This document shows positions 20,701-29,888 of a stretch of DNA of 64,000 bases, piece after piece. Position numbers and translations under genes: made by a program. The stretch's first letter is position 1, and every line of letters begins with the position of its first letter. The DNA is taken from the NCBI GenBank assembly GCA_963803975.1, contig CAWDOY010000008.1, positions 38,426 through 102,425 on the forward strand. Reading direction: 5' to 3'. Under the pieces are notes generated by a model that was given only the letters and a program-made list of their open reading frames with translations, was not told the origin of the DNA and did not search any database. This DNA comes from an uncultured delta proteobacterium. GTDB lineage: Bacteria > Desulfobacterota > WTBG01 > CAIYCZ01.

Positions 20701-21472
20701 GTGAAAAAGTTTTTATTCTACGCAGTTCTTGGGACGCTCATGTTTTTTAACTGCCGCTATGCTCTGGCTTCGGTGCAAACCGATATCGAACAGGCAAATA
20801 AAACCGGTAAAGCAGTCTTTCTGGTTGTGACTGAACCGGGAGTAAAGGAGACCGGGCAGGCTCTGGACATTGCCAAAGAAGCCCAAAAATTGGCTCCCGC
20901 AATCAACCGTGCTTGAGATGAACCGGGCTGATACGGCTAACAGCCAGTTTGTTGCAAAGTATGGACTGGCAGGGGCTCCGGTGCCGTTGATTCTTTTGAT
21001 AGCCTCTAATGGTGTGGTTGCCGGAGGAATGCCGGCCGAAAAGGCACAGCCCTGATATGCTGGTTAAAATGATTCCATCTCCCGGCAAGGCAGAAATTGT
21101 CAAGGCCCTGTCTGAAGGCAAAGCTGTTTTTGTTATTGCAAGCCGCAACTCCATGGGAGATCGTTTTAAAGTTTTGGAAACCTGCAAAAACGCTTCCAAA
21201 GAGCTGAAGGATAAGGCGGTTTCTGTAACACTTGATATGGACGACAAAAAGGAAAGCTCCTTTCTGCAACAATTACGGGTTAACATGGATTCCACGGAGC
21301 CCGCAACCCTGGTTGTTAATTCTCAGGGGCAGGTTACGGGAAATTTTACCGGTCCGGTCGAGGTGGCAAAACTGACGAAGGCTGCTACCACCGTAGCACG
21401 TAGGCGGCTGCGGCCCGGCGCGGTGGCTGCGGCCCCAGCAACAAAGGCTGCGCTGTTCCCCCTGCTCGCTAA
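20701..21472 (+). CDS. secreted tandem thioredoxin-like-fold protein with Gly/Cys tail (frameshifted)
   Basis: signal peptide; duplicated GKAVF(L/V)V units; tail GGCGP..GGCGPSNKGC in a shifted frame. Confidence 0.6.
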
Positions 21473-21480
21473 AGGAGAAA

Positions 21481-22709
21481 ATGAATATGAATAAATACAG
21501 CCTGGTGTGGCAGGAACTGCTGCACCGGAAATCACAGTTGGTGTCAGGGCTTTTGGCCATTACTCTCGGCATTGCGGTTATTGTGGGTATCCGTTCCGTG
21601 GCGGTGTTTTCTGAAAAGGCCGTAGCGATCAAGCTTGATAATCTCGGTGCCAATATTCTGGTGCTGCCCCAGGGCGCCGGGGTGGATGACTACTACAGCG
21701 CTGACATAGACGCTCCCACCTTCCCTGAAAATTATGTGGAGCGGATTACCGCATCAACGCTTCCGGGGGTTGATAACCTGTCGCCAAAGCTGACGCGGCG
21801 CGTGAAGATCGGCAAGCATGCAATCGTGCTGACCGGCATTCTGCCCGCAGGCGAGATAGCCTCAAAACCGATTTGGCAGACAGCCGGTCTGGTAGGCGCA
21901 GACGTGCAGGCCAGCTGCGCTCCAACAAATCCCGGTCAACCAGTCGCAGGGGTTAAAGGATGATCGGCTCCAGCGAAAAGCTATTGATGCTTTGGGCCAG
22001 AATGACTGCTTTGTTGGTAATGCAGCAGCTCAGCGCTTAGGGCTTGCAGAGGGCGGCACGGTGACTATTGAAAAAAAGGAGTTCCGTGTTGCCCGGGTGC
22101 TTCCCGAAACCGGCACTGTTGATGACGACCGTATTTTTGCGCACCTGCATACCGTTCAGACCCTTTTGGGGACGGGCAGTCAAATAAGCGCTATCGAGAT
22201 AATGGGGTGCTGCAACGCGATTTCTGACGGGTTGCTGGGCAAGCTGCGCAATGTTCTTCCCGATACCCGCATTACCACCATCGGGCAGATTGTTTCCACG
22301 CAGATTGAGACCAATCGCTTAATGAACAAGATATCGTTTATTTTTCTCATTATCATTCTTGTTGTCGGCGGCATTTCAATCGGCAACTTTATGTGGGCCA
22401 ATGTCAATGAACGGCGCAGGGAGCTGGGATTCTGCTGATGATCGGCGCTTCCAAAAGAAGCATTTATACCATGCTTCTTTTAAAAGCCACTGTTCTGGGA
22501 TTGTTCGGCGGTGTGCTTGGGATATGTGATTGGCACCGTAAGCGGAATGATACTGGGTCCGCAGCTGGCGGGAATTGTGGTGCAGCCGGTTCCGGTTCTT
22601 AATTATCTGGTCAATTGTCTTGTCTGTTATCATTGCTGTTGCGGGTTCGTTTATCCCTGCATACATGGCGGCAAAGCTTGATCCATTCACCATAATGCAG
22701 GAGTTATAA
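21481..22709 (+). CDS. ABC transporter permease, FtsX/MacB type (frameshifted)
   Basis: LGANILVLP, VNERRRELG, PAYMAAKLDP spread over several frames. Confidence 0.85.
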
Positions 22710-22710
22710 T

Positions 22711-23413
22711 ATGCTGTTGCGGGTTGAAAATCTTTCAAAGCAATATAACCACCACACCGACGGGCTGGTTGATGCTCTCAAGGATGTTACTTTCACCATA
22801 GAAAAGGGCATGTTTGTTACCATAACCGGGCCTTCGGGTGCGGGGAAATCAACATTGCTGCTCATGCTGGGAGGACTTGTTCACCCGTCTGCAGGGCAGG
22901 TTGTTTTTAACGACCAGCCATTATATTCCTTAACCCATGATGGTTTGGCCGGGTTTCGCCGCACACACGTCGGTTTTGTAATGCAGAATTTCGGACTCAT
23001 CCCCTACCTCTCGGCGCTGCGAAATGTCATGACCCCCCTGTCCCTCCAAAACATGGATGCGGATGCTCAAAAGACAGCGCGCAAGTGACCTTTTGGAAAG
23101 CGTGGGGCTTAAAGATCGCACAAATCATTTTCCGCGGGAATTATCAGCCGGTCAACAGCAGCGGGTGGCAATTGCCAGGGCGATGGCAAACAACCCCTCA
23201 ATGATACTTGCTGATGAACCCACGGGAAACCTTGACCCCGCACTTGCGCATGAAATCCTTGATCTGCTCAAGACCCTCAATACTGAGAAGGGAATTACGG
23301 TCATTATGGTCACCCATAGCCCTCAGGCAGCAGATTACGGAACATTGAGAATACACCTGAAGGAAGGGAAGCTTGTTCCAGGTAATAATATCTCGGAGTC
23401 ATATCATGCTTGA
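22711..23413 (+). CDS. ABC ATP-binding protein, LolD/MacB type (frameshift near 23075)
   Basis: GPSGAGKST, LSAGQQQRVAIARA, ILADEPTGNLD, VTH. Confidence 0.9.
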
Positions 23414-23627
23414 AATTACAAAAAAGACATTATCCCTTGAACCCCAGGAAGTTATGGAACTCGAACGGATTATTATTGATGATGACCGCGAAGGCGCTTT
23501 TCAATTTTTAAAAAAGAATATTTACCAGAGATTTATTGCTTCGCAGCAAGATCATCTTAAATCACATCTGGACGGGTGCAGCGATCCTGCTGGTTCATTT
23601 TCCCAGGGACAGGCAACAAAAAAATAA
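23406..23627 (+). CDS. hypothetical protein
   Basis: 73 aa ORF coupled to the ABC ATPase stop, GGAG RBS. Confidence 0.6.
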   Translation: MLEITKKTLSLEPQEVMELERIIIDDDREGAFQFLKKNIYQRFIASQQDHLKSHLDGCSDPAGSFSQGQATKK

Positions 23628-23808
23628 TCTACTGTAAAAGCCTAACACATTTTCAGTGGTTATATGCTTTTTGATTTCAATCATATGAAATATCTAAAGA
23701 AGTTTTTCTTGAAGCTGAATGATTTTATGAACCACTATTTTCCCTGTACATGCCGCGGGAAAATCAGGAGTAGAAGTCTTTTATATTTAAATAAAAAGGA
23801 CAAGCGTT

Positions 23809-24249
23809 ATGGAAAATATTACAACAAATAAAGCAAGCAACATGAACATTACAATTATTGGCGTTGTTCCTCCCTGTCCACGGTGCCAGCGGATTTATGA
23901 TTTAACTGTTGAAGCAGTTAGCGAATTGGGCGCGAAAGCAGAGATAAAGAAAATAGCGTATGATTCTGATGAGGCAAAAAAGTACGGCAGAGTCGGCACT
24001 GCCCATGACATTGCCATATGGGCGCAGATGAAAATTGAGTGGAGTAAAATCTGGGACATTGCTGCTGAAGGATGGTCACCGGAGCTCGATAATCTGATGA
24101 TGCCGTGTAAAGAACGCGCAGGTGTTGAGGGCTGGCTTATGACTCCGGTGCTGTTGCTTGACGATAAAGTTATTGTTATGGGCTATGTTCCGGATAAGGA
24201 ATATATTAAGACAGCTATTAAGCAGTATTTACAGAGAGGAGAGGATTGA
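23809..24249 (+). CDS. thioredoxin-like protein (MTH895-related, with internal insert)
   Basis: IIGVVPPCPRC and TPVLLLDDKV separated by a Trp-rich insert. Confidence 0.75.
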   Translation: MENITTNKASNMNITIIGVVPPCPRCQRIYDLTVEAVSELGAKAEIKKIAYDSDEAKKYGRVGTAHDIAIWAQMKIEWSKIWDIAAEGWSPELDNLMMPCKERAGVEGWLMTPVLLLDDKVIVMGYVPDKEYIKTAIKQYLQRGED

Positions 24250-24482
24250 AAATGAAGATCGAAATTCTGGGAACCGGCTGCCCGAAGTGCAAAAAGCTTT
24301 TTGAGAATGCACAGGAGGCGGTAAAAAATCTTGGAACCAGCGCTGACGTTGTAAAAGTCGAAGATATCCAGCAGATCATGAATGCCGGAGTGATGTTCAC
24401 CCCGGCACTGGCAGTTGACGGAGAAGTGAAATCTGCGGGAAAAGTTTTGAGCGTCGATGAAATAAAGAAAATTATCAGCTAA
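24246..24482 (+). CDS. MTH895/ArsE family small thioredoxin
   Basis: IEILGTGCPKC, VMFTPALAVDGEV. Confidence 0.9.
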   Translation: MKMKIEILGTGCPKCKKLFENAQEAVKNLGTSADVVKVEDIQQIMNAGVMFTPALAVDGEVKSAGKVLSVDEIKKIIS

Positions 24483-24503
24483 AATAAAAGAAGGAGATTA
24501 CTC

Positions 24504-24899
24504 ATGGCAGAAGAATGCTGTTCACCATCAGAAATTTTAATTTTTACCTGCTCCGGTTCTTCAAACGTCGGCCAGGTCGCGAACCAGGCTGCTGTTGACC
24601 TGCAGCAGGAAGGGGTCGGCAAAATGCTCTGCCTTGCGGGCATCGGCGGTCACGTATCAGGCATGATTGCATCAGCGCAGGCTGGCAAGCGGCTGATAGG
24701 TATTGATGGATGCTCTGTAGCCTGCACGAAAAAGACTATGGAGCATGCAGGGCTTAATCTTACTGATTATGTCATGATTACAGCTCTGGGTTATGAAAAG
24801 GGACCTTATTCAGGGACTATGGACAAAAAAGCAGTGGATAAGATCAAAGACGAAGTAAAACAGCAAATCGTAAAACCGGTAAGGATAGAGGTGAAGTGA
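24504..24899 (+). CDS. DGC-domain putative zinc-binding protein
   Basis: CSGSSNVGQ, MLCLAGIG, IDGCSVAC. Confidence 0.88.
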   Translation: MAEECCSPSEILIFTCSGSSNVGQVANQAAVDLQQEGVGKMLCLAGIGGHVSGMIASAQAGKRLIGIDGCSVACTKKTMEHAGLNLTDYVMITALGYEKGPYSGTMDKKAVDKIKDEVKQQIVKPVRIEVK

Positions 24900-25352
24900 T
24901 GAGAAGATTAAAACTGACGCGTATTGTTCTGGCAATTTCCTTGCTCTGCTTCCTGCACAGCGCTGATCCTTCGGCAGCCAAAGCGGCGCCTGCGGATTCA
25001 CAGAAAAAAGACGGCAGCACCGTGATTGCCTACTACTTCCACGGCGACTATCGCTGCTACAACTGCATGACCATCGAGCAGTATTCAAAAGAAGCCATTG
25101 AAAAGTATTTTCCCGAACAGCTTAAATCAGGAAAGCTTACGTTCAACGTCCTTAACATCGACCTTCCTGAAAACGCGCACTTCGTTAAAGACTATCAGCT
25201 CTACACCCGGACGCTGATTATCGCGGAGTTTAAAAACGGCAAACAGGTCCGGTGGACCAGCCTCACCAAAGTCTGGGATTATATTAAGGACCGGGATGCC
25301 TTTCATAAGTATGTCAAAACGGAAATAGCATACCTATTTAAAGAGCATGTGA
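24896..25352 (+). CDS. ArsF-like secreted thioredoxin-fold protein
   Basis: signal peptide, YYFHGDYRCYNCMTIE; probable true stop at 25350-25352 after a frameshift. Confidence 0.75.
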
Positions 25353-26048
25353 TGGATACTACCTCAATTCCGATTGCTGTCCGCATTGTGGCTGGGCATC
25401 CTCACCTCGGTGAACCCCTGCCCGCTTGCGTCAAATATCGCCGCTGTCTCCTTCATCATGAAGAAGATAGACCGGACCGGCGCTGTTTTTGCCTCGGGAA
25501 TTCTCTATACCCTGGGCAGAGTCGCGGGATACGCGGTGCTGGGAATGCTTATCACCTCATCGCTTCTCTCCATACCCGAAACCGCCCGCTTTCTGCAAAA
25601 ATACATGAACCAGCTTCTGGGGCCGGTGCTTATCGTGACCGGCTTATTCCTTCTCGGGCTGTTCAAGTTATCGTTTTCAGGTTTTTCATTTTCCGGAAAA
25701 ATAACTGGCCGCCTGAACAGGATGGGCATCCTGGGCGCTTTTCCCCTGGGCATCCTTTTTGCCCTGTCCTTCTGCCCGTCTTCTGCCGCGCTGTTCTTCG
25801 GCAGCCTGATTCCCTTATCCCTCAATAACAACGCCCCGCTTCTGTTTCCGTCTGTTTACGGCATCGGCACCGGCCTGCCCGTGCTCATTTTTGCCGTGGT
25901 AATCGCGTTCGGGGTGAAAAATATAAGCGGCATATTCCAGAAGGTTACGGTCATGGAATACTGGACCAGAAAAGTAACCGGCGTGATATTCATCCTGATA
26001 GGACTATATTACGTATTAATTCATATTTTTCATATTCAGATACTGTAA
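25352..26048 (+). CDS. ArsG-like / DsbD-CcdA-like membrane protein
   Basis: LTSVNPCPLASNIAA, FALSFCPSSA, GTGLPV; N-terminal frameshift. Confidence 0.8.
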
Positions 26049-26094
26049 ACGATATACTTTTCACCTTCCACGTTACACCATTTGCCGAGTTGTC

Positions 26095-27363
26095 ATGAAA
26101 CTCAAAGCTGAATTACGAGCAAAGATAGATAAGCAGGGCCGCCTGGTGCTTCCCCCGGAATTAGTAAAGCGCTATGGATTAAAACCCGGCGATACGCTGC
26201 CGGTGAGTGAGAGAGGGAATGAATTACGCATCCGCCAGCCTGTTACGCGCCTAAAAAAGCTTTACATAGAACCGACCAATCAGTGCAATCTCTCCTGCCG
26301 CACCTGTATCCGCAATACCTGGGATGAACCGCTGGGGCAGATGAACAGCATCACTTTCGAGAAAATAATCAATAGCCTTAAAGATATGTCTCCCCTGCCA
26401 ACAGTCATATTCGGCGGTTTTGGCGAGCCCTTGCATCACCCGGATATTGCAGCTATGGTAGCCGAGGTAAAGTCTATCGGTGCCCCGGTAGAACTGATTA
26501 CCAATGGGACGCTACTGCACGAAAAGCTCTCACGCGACCTTATGGCAGCAGGTATAGATGTATTATGGCTATCTCTTGACGGTGCAACACCTGAAAGCTA
26601 TGCAGATGTTCGGCTGGGCGCCCTGTTGCCGGAAGTGATTCAAAACTTAAGCCGCATGCGATACAGCAGCTGGGCCTATGAGTACCCACAGTTTCACCTT
26701 GGGATTATCTTTGTTGCCATGAAACGAAACATTGATGACCTGCCTGAAGTATTACGGATAGGAACGCAGCTTAAAGCCGACCGTTACATTGTAACGAATG
26801 TTCTTCCCTACACTGCAGAGCTGGTAAAAGAGATGTTGTATGAAATTGTTATGGGTGAATCCACCGATGTACCATCACCATTTTCGCCGTATCTCAACAT
26901 TTCAAAAATAGATATGAATGACGATACTCGAGAAGCACTCTATCGAGTCATCAAGAGCTTCCGTCTTGGGAATCACTCCAGGGAGGAGACTGTTAATATA
27001 AGCAATTCTTGTCCGTTTATCGAAAAGGGGGCAGCGGCAATCGCCTGGGATGGAAGTCTCAGCCCGTGCTTAGCGCTTATGCATTCTCACCCGAGCTATC
27101 TTCATGACCGCACGCGTTTCACGCGGAAACATGTCATTGGTAACATCAATAATGATACGTTATCTAACTTATGGATTGCACCTGATTATGTTGAGCTGCG
27201 AACGCGCGTACAGGATTTTGACTTTTCGCCATGTTCATTATGCGGTGGCTGTGACCTTTCATTAGCAAACGAAGAAGACTGCTTCGGCAATGTGGCAATG
27301 GCTTCCCGACCTGCGGCGGATGCCTGTGGGCACAGGGAGTTGTTCAGTGTCCATGAAAAATAA
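26095..27363 (+). CDS. radical SAM/SPASM protein with N-terminal AbrB-like domain (C-terminus shifted by an 8-nt duplication)
   Basis: IDKQGRLVLP; CNLSCRTC; GGFGEP; CPF..SPC..CSLCGGC; correct tail FPTCGGCLWAQGVVQCP ends at 27356. Confidence 0.88.
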   Translation: MKLKAELRAKIDKQGRLVLPPELVKRYGLKPGDTLPVSERGNELRIRQPVTRLKKLYIEPTNQCNLSCRTCIRNTWDEPLGQMNSITFEKIINSLKDMSPLPTVIFGGFGEPLHHPDIAAMVAEVKSIGAPVELITNGTLLHEKLSRDLMAAGIDVLWLSLDGATPESYADVRLGALLPEVIQNLSRMRYSSWAYEYPQFHLGIIFVAMKRNIDDLPEVLRIGTQLKADRYIVTNVLPYTAELVKEMLYEIVMGESTDVPSPFSPYLNISKIDMNDDTREALYRVIKSFRLGNHSREETVNISNSCPFIEKGAAAIAWDGSLSPCLALMHSHPSYLHDRTRFTRKHVIGNINNDTLSNLWIAPDYVELRTRVQDFDFSPCSLCGGCDLSLANEEDCFGNVAMASRPAADACGHRELFSVHEK

Positions 27364-27458
27364 GTGAAAAGTTCAAGGTGAAATGTGGAAAGTGCCATCA
27401 GCAGACCATCTTCTTGACCAATCTTTTCACGTTTCACATTTGACGTTTCACCTTTAGC
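27363..27458. repeat. inverted heptamer tandem repeats
   Basis: GTGAAAA/GTGAAAT units facing TTTCACG/TTTCACA/TTTCACC units. Confidence 0.6.
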
Positions 27459-27463
27459 TTTTT

Positions 27464-28708
27464 ATGAAACTAAAACCCGACTCCTACGCGCACGTTGACA
27501 ACGAGGGCCGCCTCATAATCCCTGCTGAAACAGCTTCCCGCCTCGGGCTGCAGCCGGGCGCGTTGGTGCCGTTTGCTGAAGAAGCGCATAATCTGCTTCT
27601 GCGCCTTCCGCCGACACACCTGAAAAAGGTGTATCTTGAAGTGACCAACCGCTGCAACCTTGACTGCCGCATGTGCATACGCAGGACCTGGGATGAACCA
27701 GTGGGCCAGATGACGCATGACACCTTCAGGATCGTCATCGCGGGATTGCAGGCTTTTTCTCCTGCCCCTGCAATTTTCTTTGGCGGGTTTGGCGAGCCGC
27801 TATCGCACCCCGATATTATTGACATGGTTGCAGAGGCAAAGAGTCTAAAAACCCCTGTAGAATTAATTACCAACGCAACACTTCTCTCTCCAGCCTTATC
27901 AAAACGATTGACTGCAGCGCGTCTTGATGTGTTATGGGTTTCCCTCGAGGGAGCAAAGCCCGAAAGTTATGCTGACGTGCGCTTGGGCGGTGAACTGCCG
28001 GATGTATTAGATAACATCAGACGTTTCCGTGACAGCAGGCAGGCGTACCACACCGAGATTGGCGTCGTCTTTGTTGCCATGAAGCGAAATATCGCGGAGC
28101 TGCCGGATGTTATGCGCCTTGCTAAGGAACTCGGCGCGAGCCGCTTCCTGGTGACTAACGTGCTGCCCTATACTGAAGACCTGAGAGAAGAGGCGCTCTA
28201 TTCCTGCGAGCCTGAGGACTTAAGCTTTACATCCCCTGCCGCCAATGCCGGCTTTGAGCTCTGCAGGATGGACAGCAATGATATAACCCGCACAGCGCTG
28301 CAGGGAATTGTTCGAAACGCGCGCGTCACTGATGGCACGGTAACCAGCGCAGGCGATTTGCACAACTACTGCCCGTTTATTGAATCAGGATCTCTGGCAA
28401 TAAGCTGGGATGGAGGCGTCAGCCCGTGCCTGCCGCTCATGCACAATCACACGAGCTATCTTGGCGAGCGCAAGCGCCGCACCAGGCGTCTGATCGCCGG
28501 CAATGTTAACGAAAGGAATCTCTCTGATATCTGGGATGCACCGGAATATCTGAATATCCGCAGGCGCGTGCAGGCTTTTTATTTTGCCTCCTGCACCTCC
28601 TGCAAGGGATGCGAGCTTGCGGAGAAGAATGAAACAGATTGCCTCGGCAGCGGCTTTCCTGCCTGCGGCGGCTGTTTGTGGGCTCAGGGATTTATTCGTT
28701 GCCCATAA
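27464..28708 (+). CDS. radical SAM/SPASM protein with N-terminal AbrB-like domain (paralog)
   Basis: VDNEGRLIIP; CNLDCRMC; GGFGEP; CPF..SPC..CTSCKGC..DC..CGGCLWAQGFIRCP. Confidence 0.9.
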   Translation: MKLKPDSYAHVDNEGRLIIPAETASRLGLQPGALVPFAEEAHNLLLRLPPTHLKKVYLEVTNRCNLDCRMCIRRTWDEPVGQMTHDTFRIVIAGLQAFSPAPAIFFGGFGEPLSHPDIIDMVAEAKSLKTPVELITNATLLSPALSKRLTAARLDVLWVSLEGAKPESYADVRLGGELPDVLDNIRRFRDSRQAYHTEIGVVFVAMKRNIAELPDVMRLAKELGASRFLVTNVLPYTEDLREEALYSCEPEDLSFTSPAANAGFELCRMDSNDITRTALQGIVRNARVTDGTVTSAGDLHNYCPFIESGSLAISWDGGVSPCLPLMHNHTSYLGERKRRTRRLIAGNVNERNLSDIWDAPEYLNIRRRVQAFYFASCTSCKGCELAEKNETDCLGSGFPACGGCLWAQGFIRCP

Positions 28709-28881
28709 GGGCAAAGGCCAAATGACAAAATCTAAATGTCAAATAATAACTGCAGGATTCAATGATTCAAGGGGTCACGGGTTTAAGCGATTGTATTGCA
28801 CTTTAATCATCCAATTCTAAAATCCTGTATTTTTTTCATTGACATTTATTCAGTATGTGGGCTTTGAAATTTGACCGGTTT

Positions 28882-28982
28882 CATGCCTCGCAAGCCCCGC
28901 TTTGTAAGCGGGGTCAAGAGGCATGTATCGGAAAAGGATAATTAAACTCCGGGAAGCCCCGCCTTGTGGCGGGGAGCTTCAC
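28882..28982 (+). mobile_element. miniature non-autonomous IS200/IS605 derivative (PATE-like)
   Basis: two related hairpins AAGCCCCGC-N-GCGGGG, the second followed by AGCTTCAC as in IS200/IS605 right ends; no transposase ORF. Confidence 0.6.
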
Positions 28983-29003
28983 ATTGTATTTCAGGAGATA
29001 TGT

Positions 29004-29246
29004 ATGCTTACCATCAGAATTTTAGGCACCGGTTGTCCCAACTGCGATCAGCTGCACAAAGAAGTTATTAATGCTCTGGCAGAGCTGAACATCGCCGCCG
29101 ATGTTCGCCATGAACGAAATGTTGCAGAATTCTATAAATACGGCGTGGCCGTAACTCCGGCCCTGGTTATCAACGGGGAGGTAAAAGCAGTGGGCGGGGT
29201 ACCGACAAGAAATGAAATTAAGGGCTGGTTACAATCAATGCGGTGA
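29004..29246 (+). CDS. MTH895/ArsE family small thioredoxin
   Basis: IRILGTGCPNC, VTPALVINGEV, AGGAG RBS. Confidence 0.88.
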   Translation: MLTIRILGTGCPNCDQLHKEVINALAELNIAADVRHERNVAEFYKYGVAVTPALVINGEVKAVGGVPTRNEIKGWLQSMR

Positions 29247-29395
29247 GAACAACGCTTCGAAGAATACGGTATCAAAACACAATCCCTGCTTTTCAGGGAC
29301 TTTTTATTTCATGTTGTATTTTTTCATTTTTTCCAGAAAGACACTCGGCTCAGTCGCGTCTGCACCGCAGCCTTTCGGGTTCATGCGCTCCTACT

Positions 29396-29818
29396 TCAGA
29401 CAAACGGCAGCGGCTTTCCGGTGCGGAAGGCAAGCGCCTGGCAGAAGGCAATGAGACGCCCCTCCTGGTCGCTCACCCGGATATCATAGCTGGCGGTCTG
29501 TCTGGTGCTGCTTATCTCCCGCGCCTCTGCCCGCAGCCGCGCCCTGCCCTTCGGGCTCGCCACGTAGGTCACGCTGACATTGAGGGCCACGGTCACGGCC
29601 CCGCAGGTCTGGCATACGGTCTCAAACGCCTCGTCAATGAGCGAGAAGATGGCTCCGCCGTGAGCGCGGCTGAAAAGGTTGTCCATGGTTTCCGGCTCAT
29701 AGGTCATCTCCACCGCTGAAAAGCCCTCCTCCAGTTCCTTCAGCTCCATCTTCATGCTCCGGGCGAACGGCTCACGCTCAACGCCCTGCTGAATAGCCTC
29801 TTTTATTTTGTGGTCCAT
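29396..29818 (-). CDS. PaaI family hotdog thioesterase
   Basis: NLFSRAHGGAIFSLIDEAF. Confidence 0.88.
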   Translation of the reverse strand: MDHKIKEAIQQGVEREPFARSMKMELKELEEGFSAVEMTYEPETMDNLFSRAHGGAIFSLIDEAFETVCQTCGAVTVALNVSVTYVASPKGRARLRAEAREISSTRQTASYDIRVSDQEGRLIAFCQALAFRTGKPLPFV

Positions 29819-29888
29819 GAGTATCCTCTCCTGCAACTGCACCTGGTGTGGGTCAGCATTGAAAGCACCGCTGCCCTGCTTTCAGGTA

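Noticed and set aside
24896..25828. 310-aa ArsF-long fusion ORF
   Set aside because: The C-terminal half is out-of-frame arsG sequence caused by an indel
26095..28708. Calling the rSAMs arsS or arsL
   Set aside because: The AbrB N-terminus and CLWAQG..CP SPASM tail do not match what I know of those families
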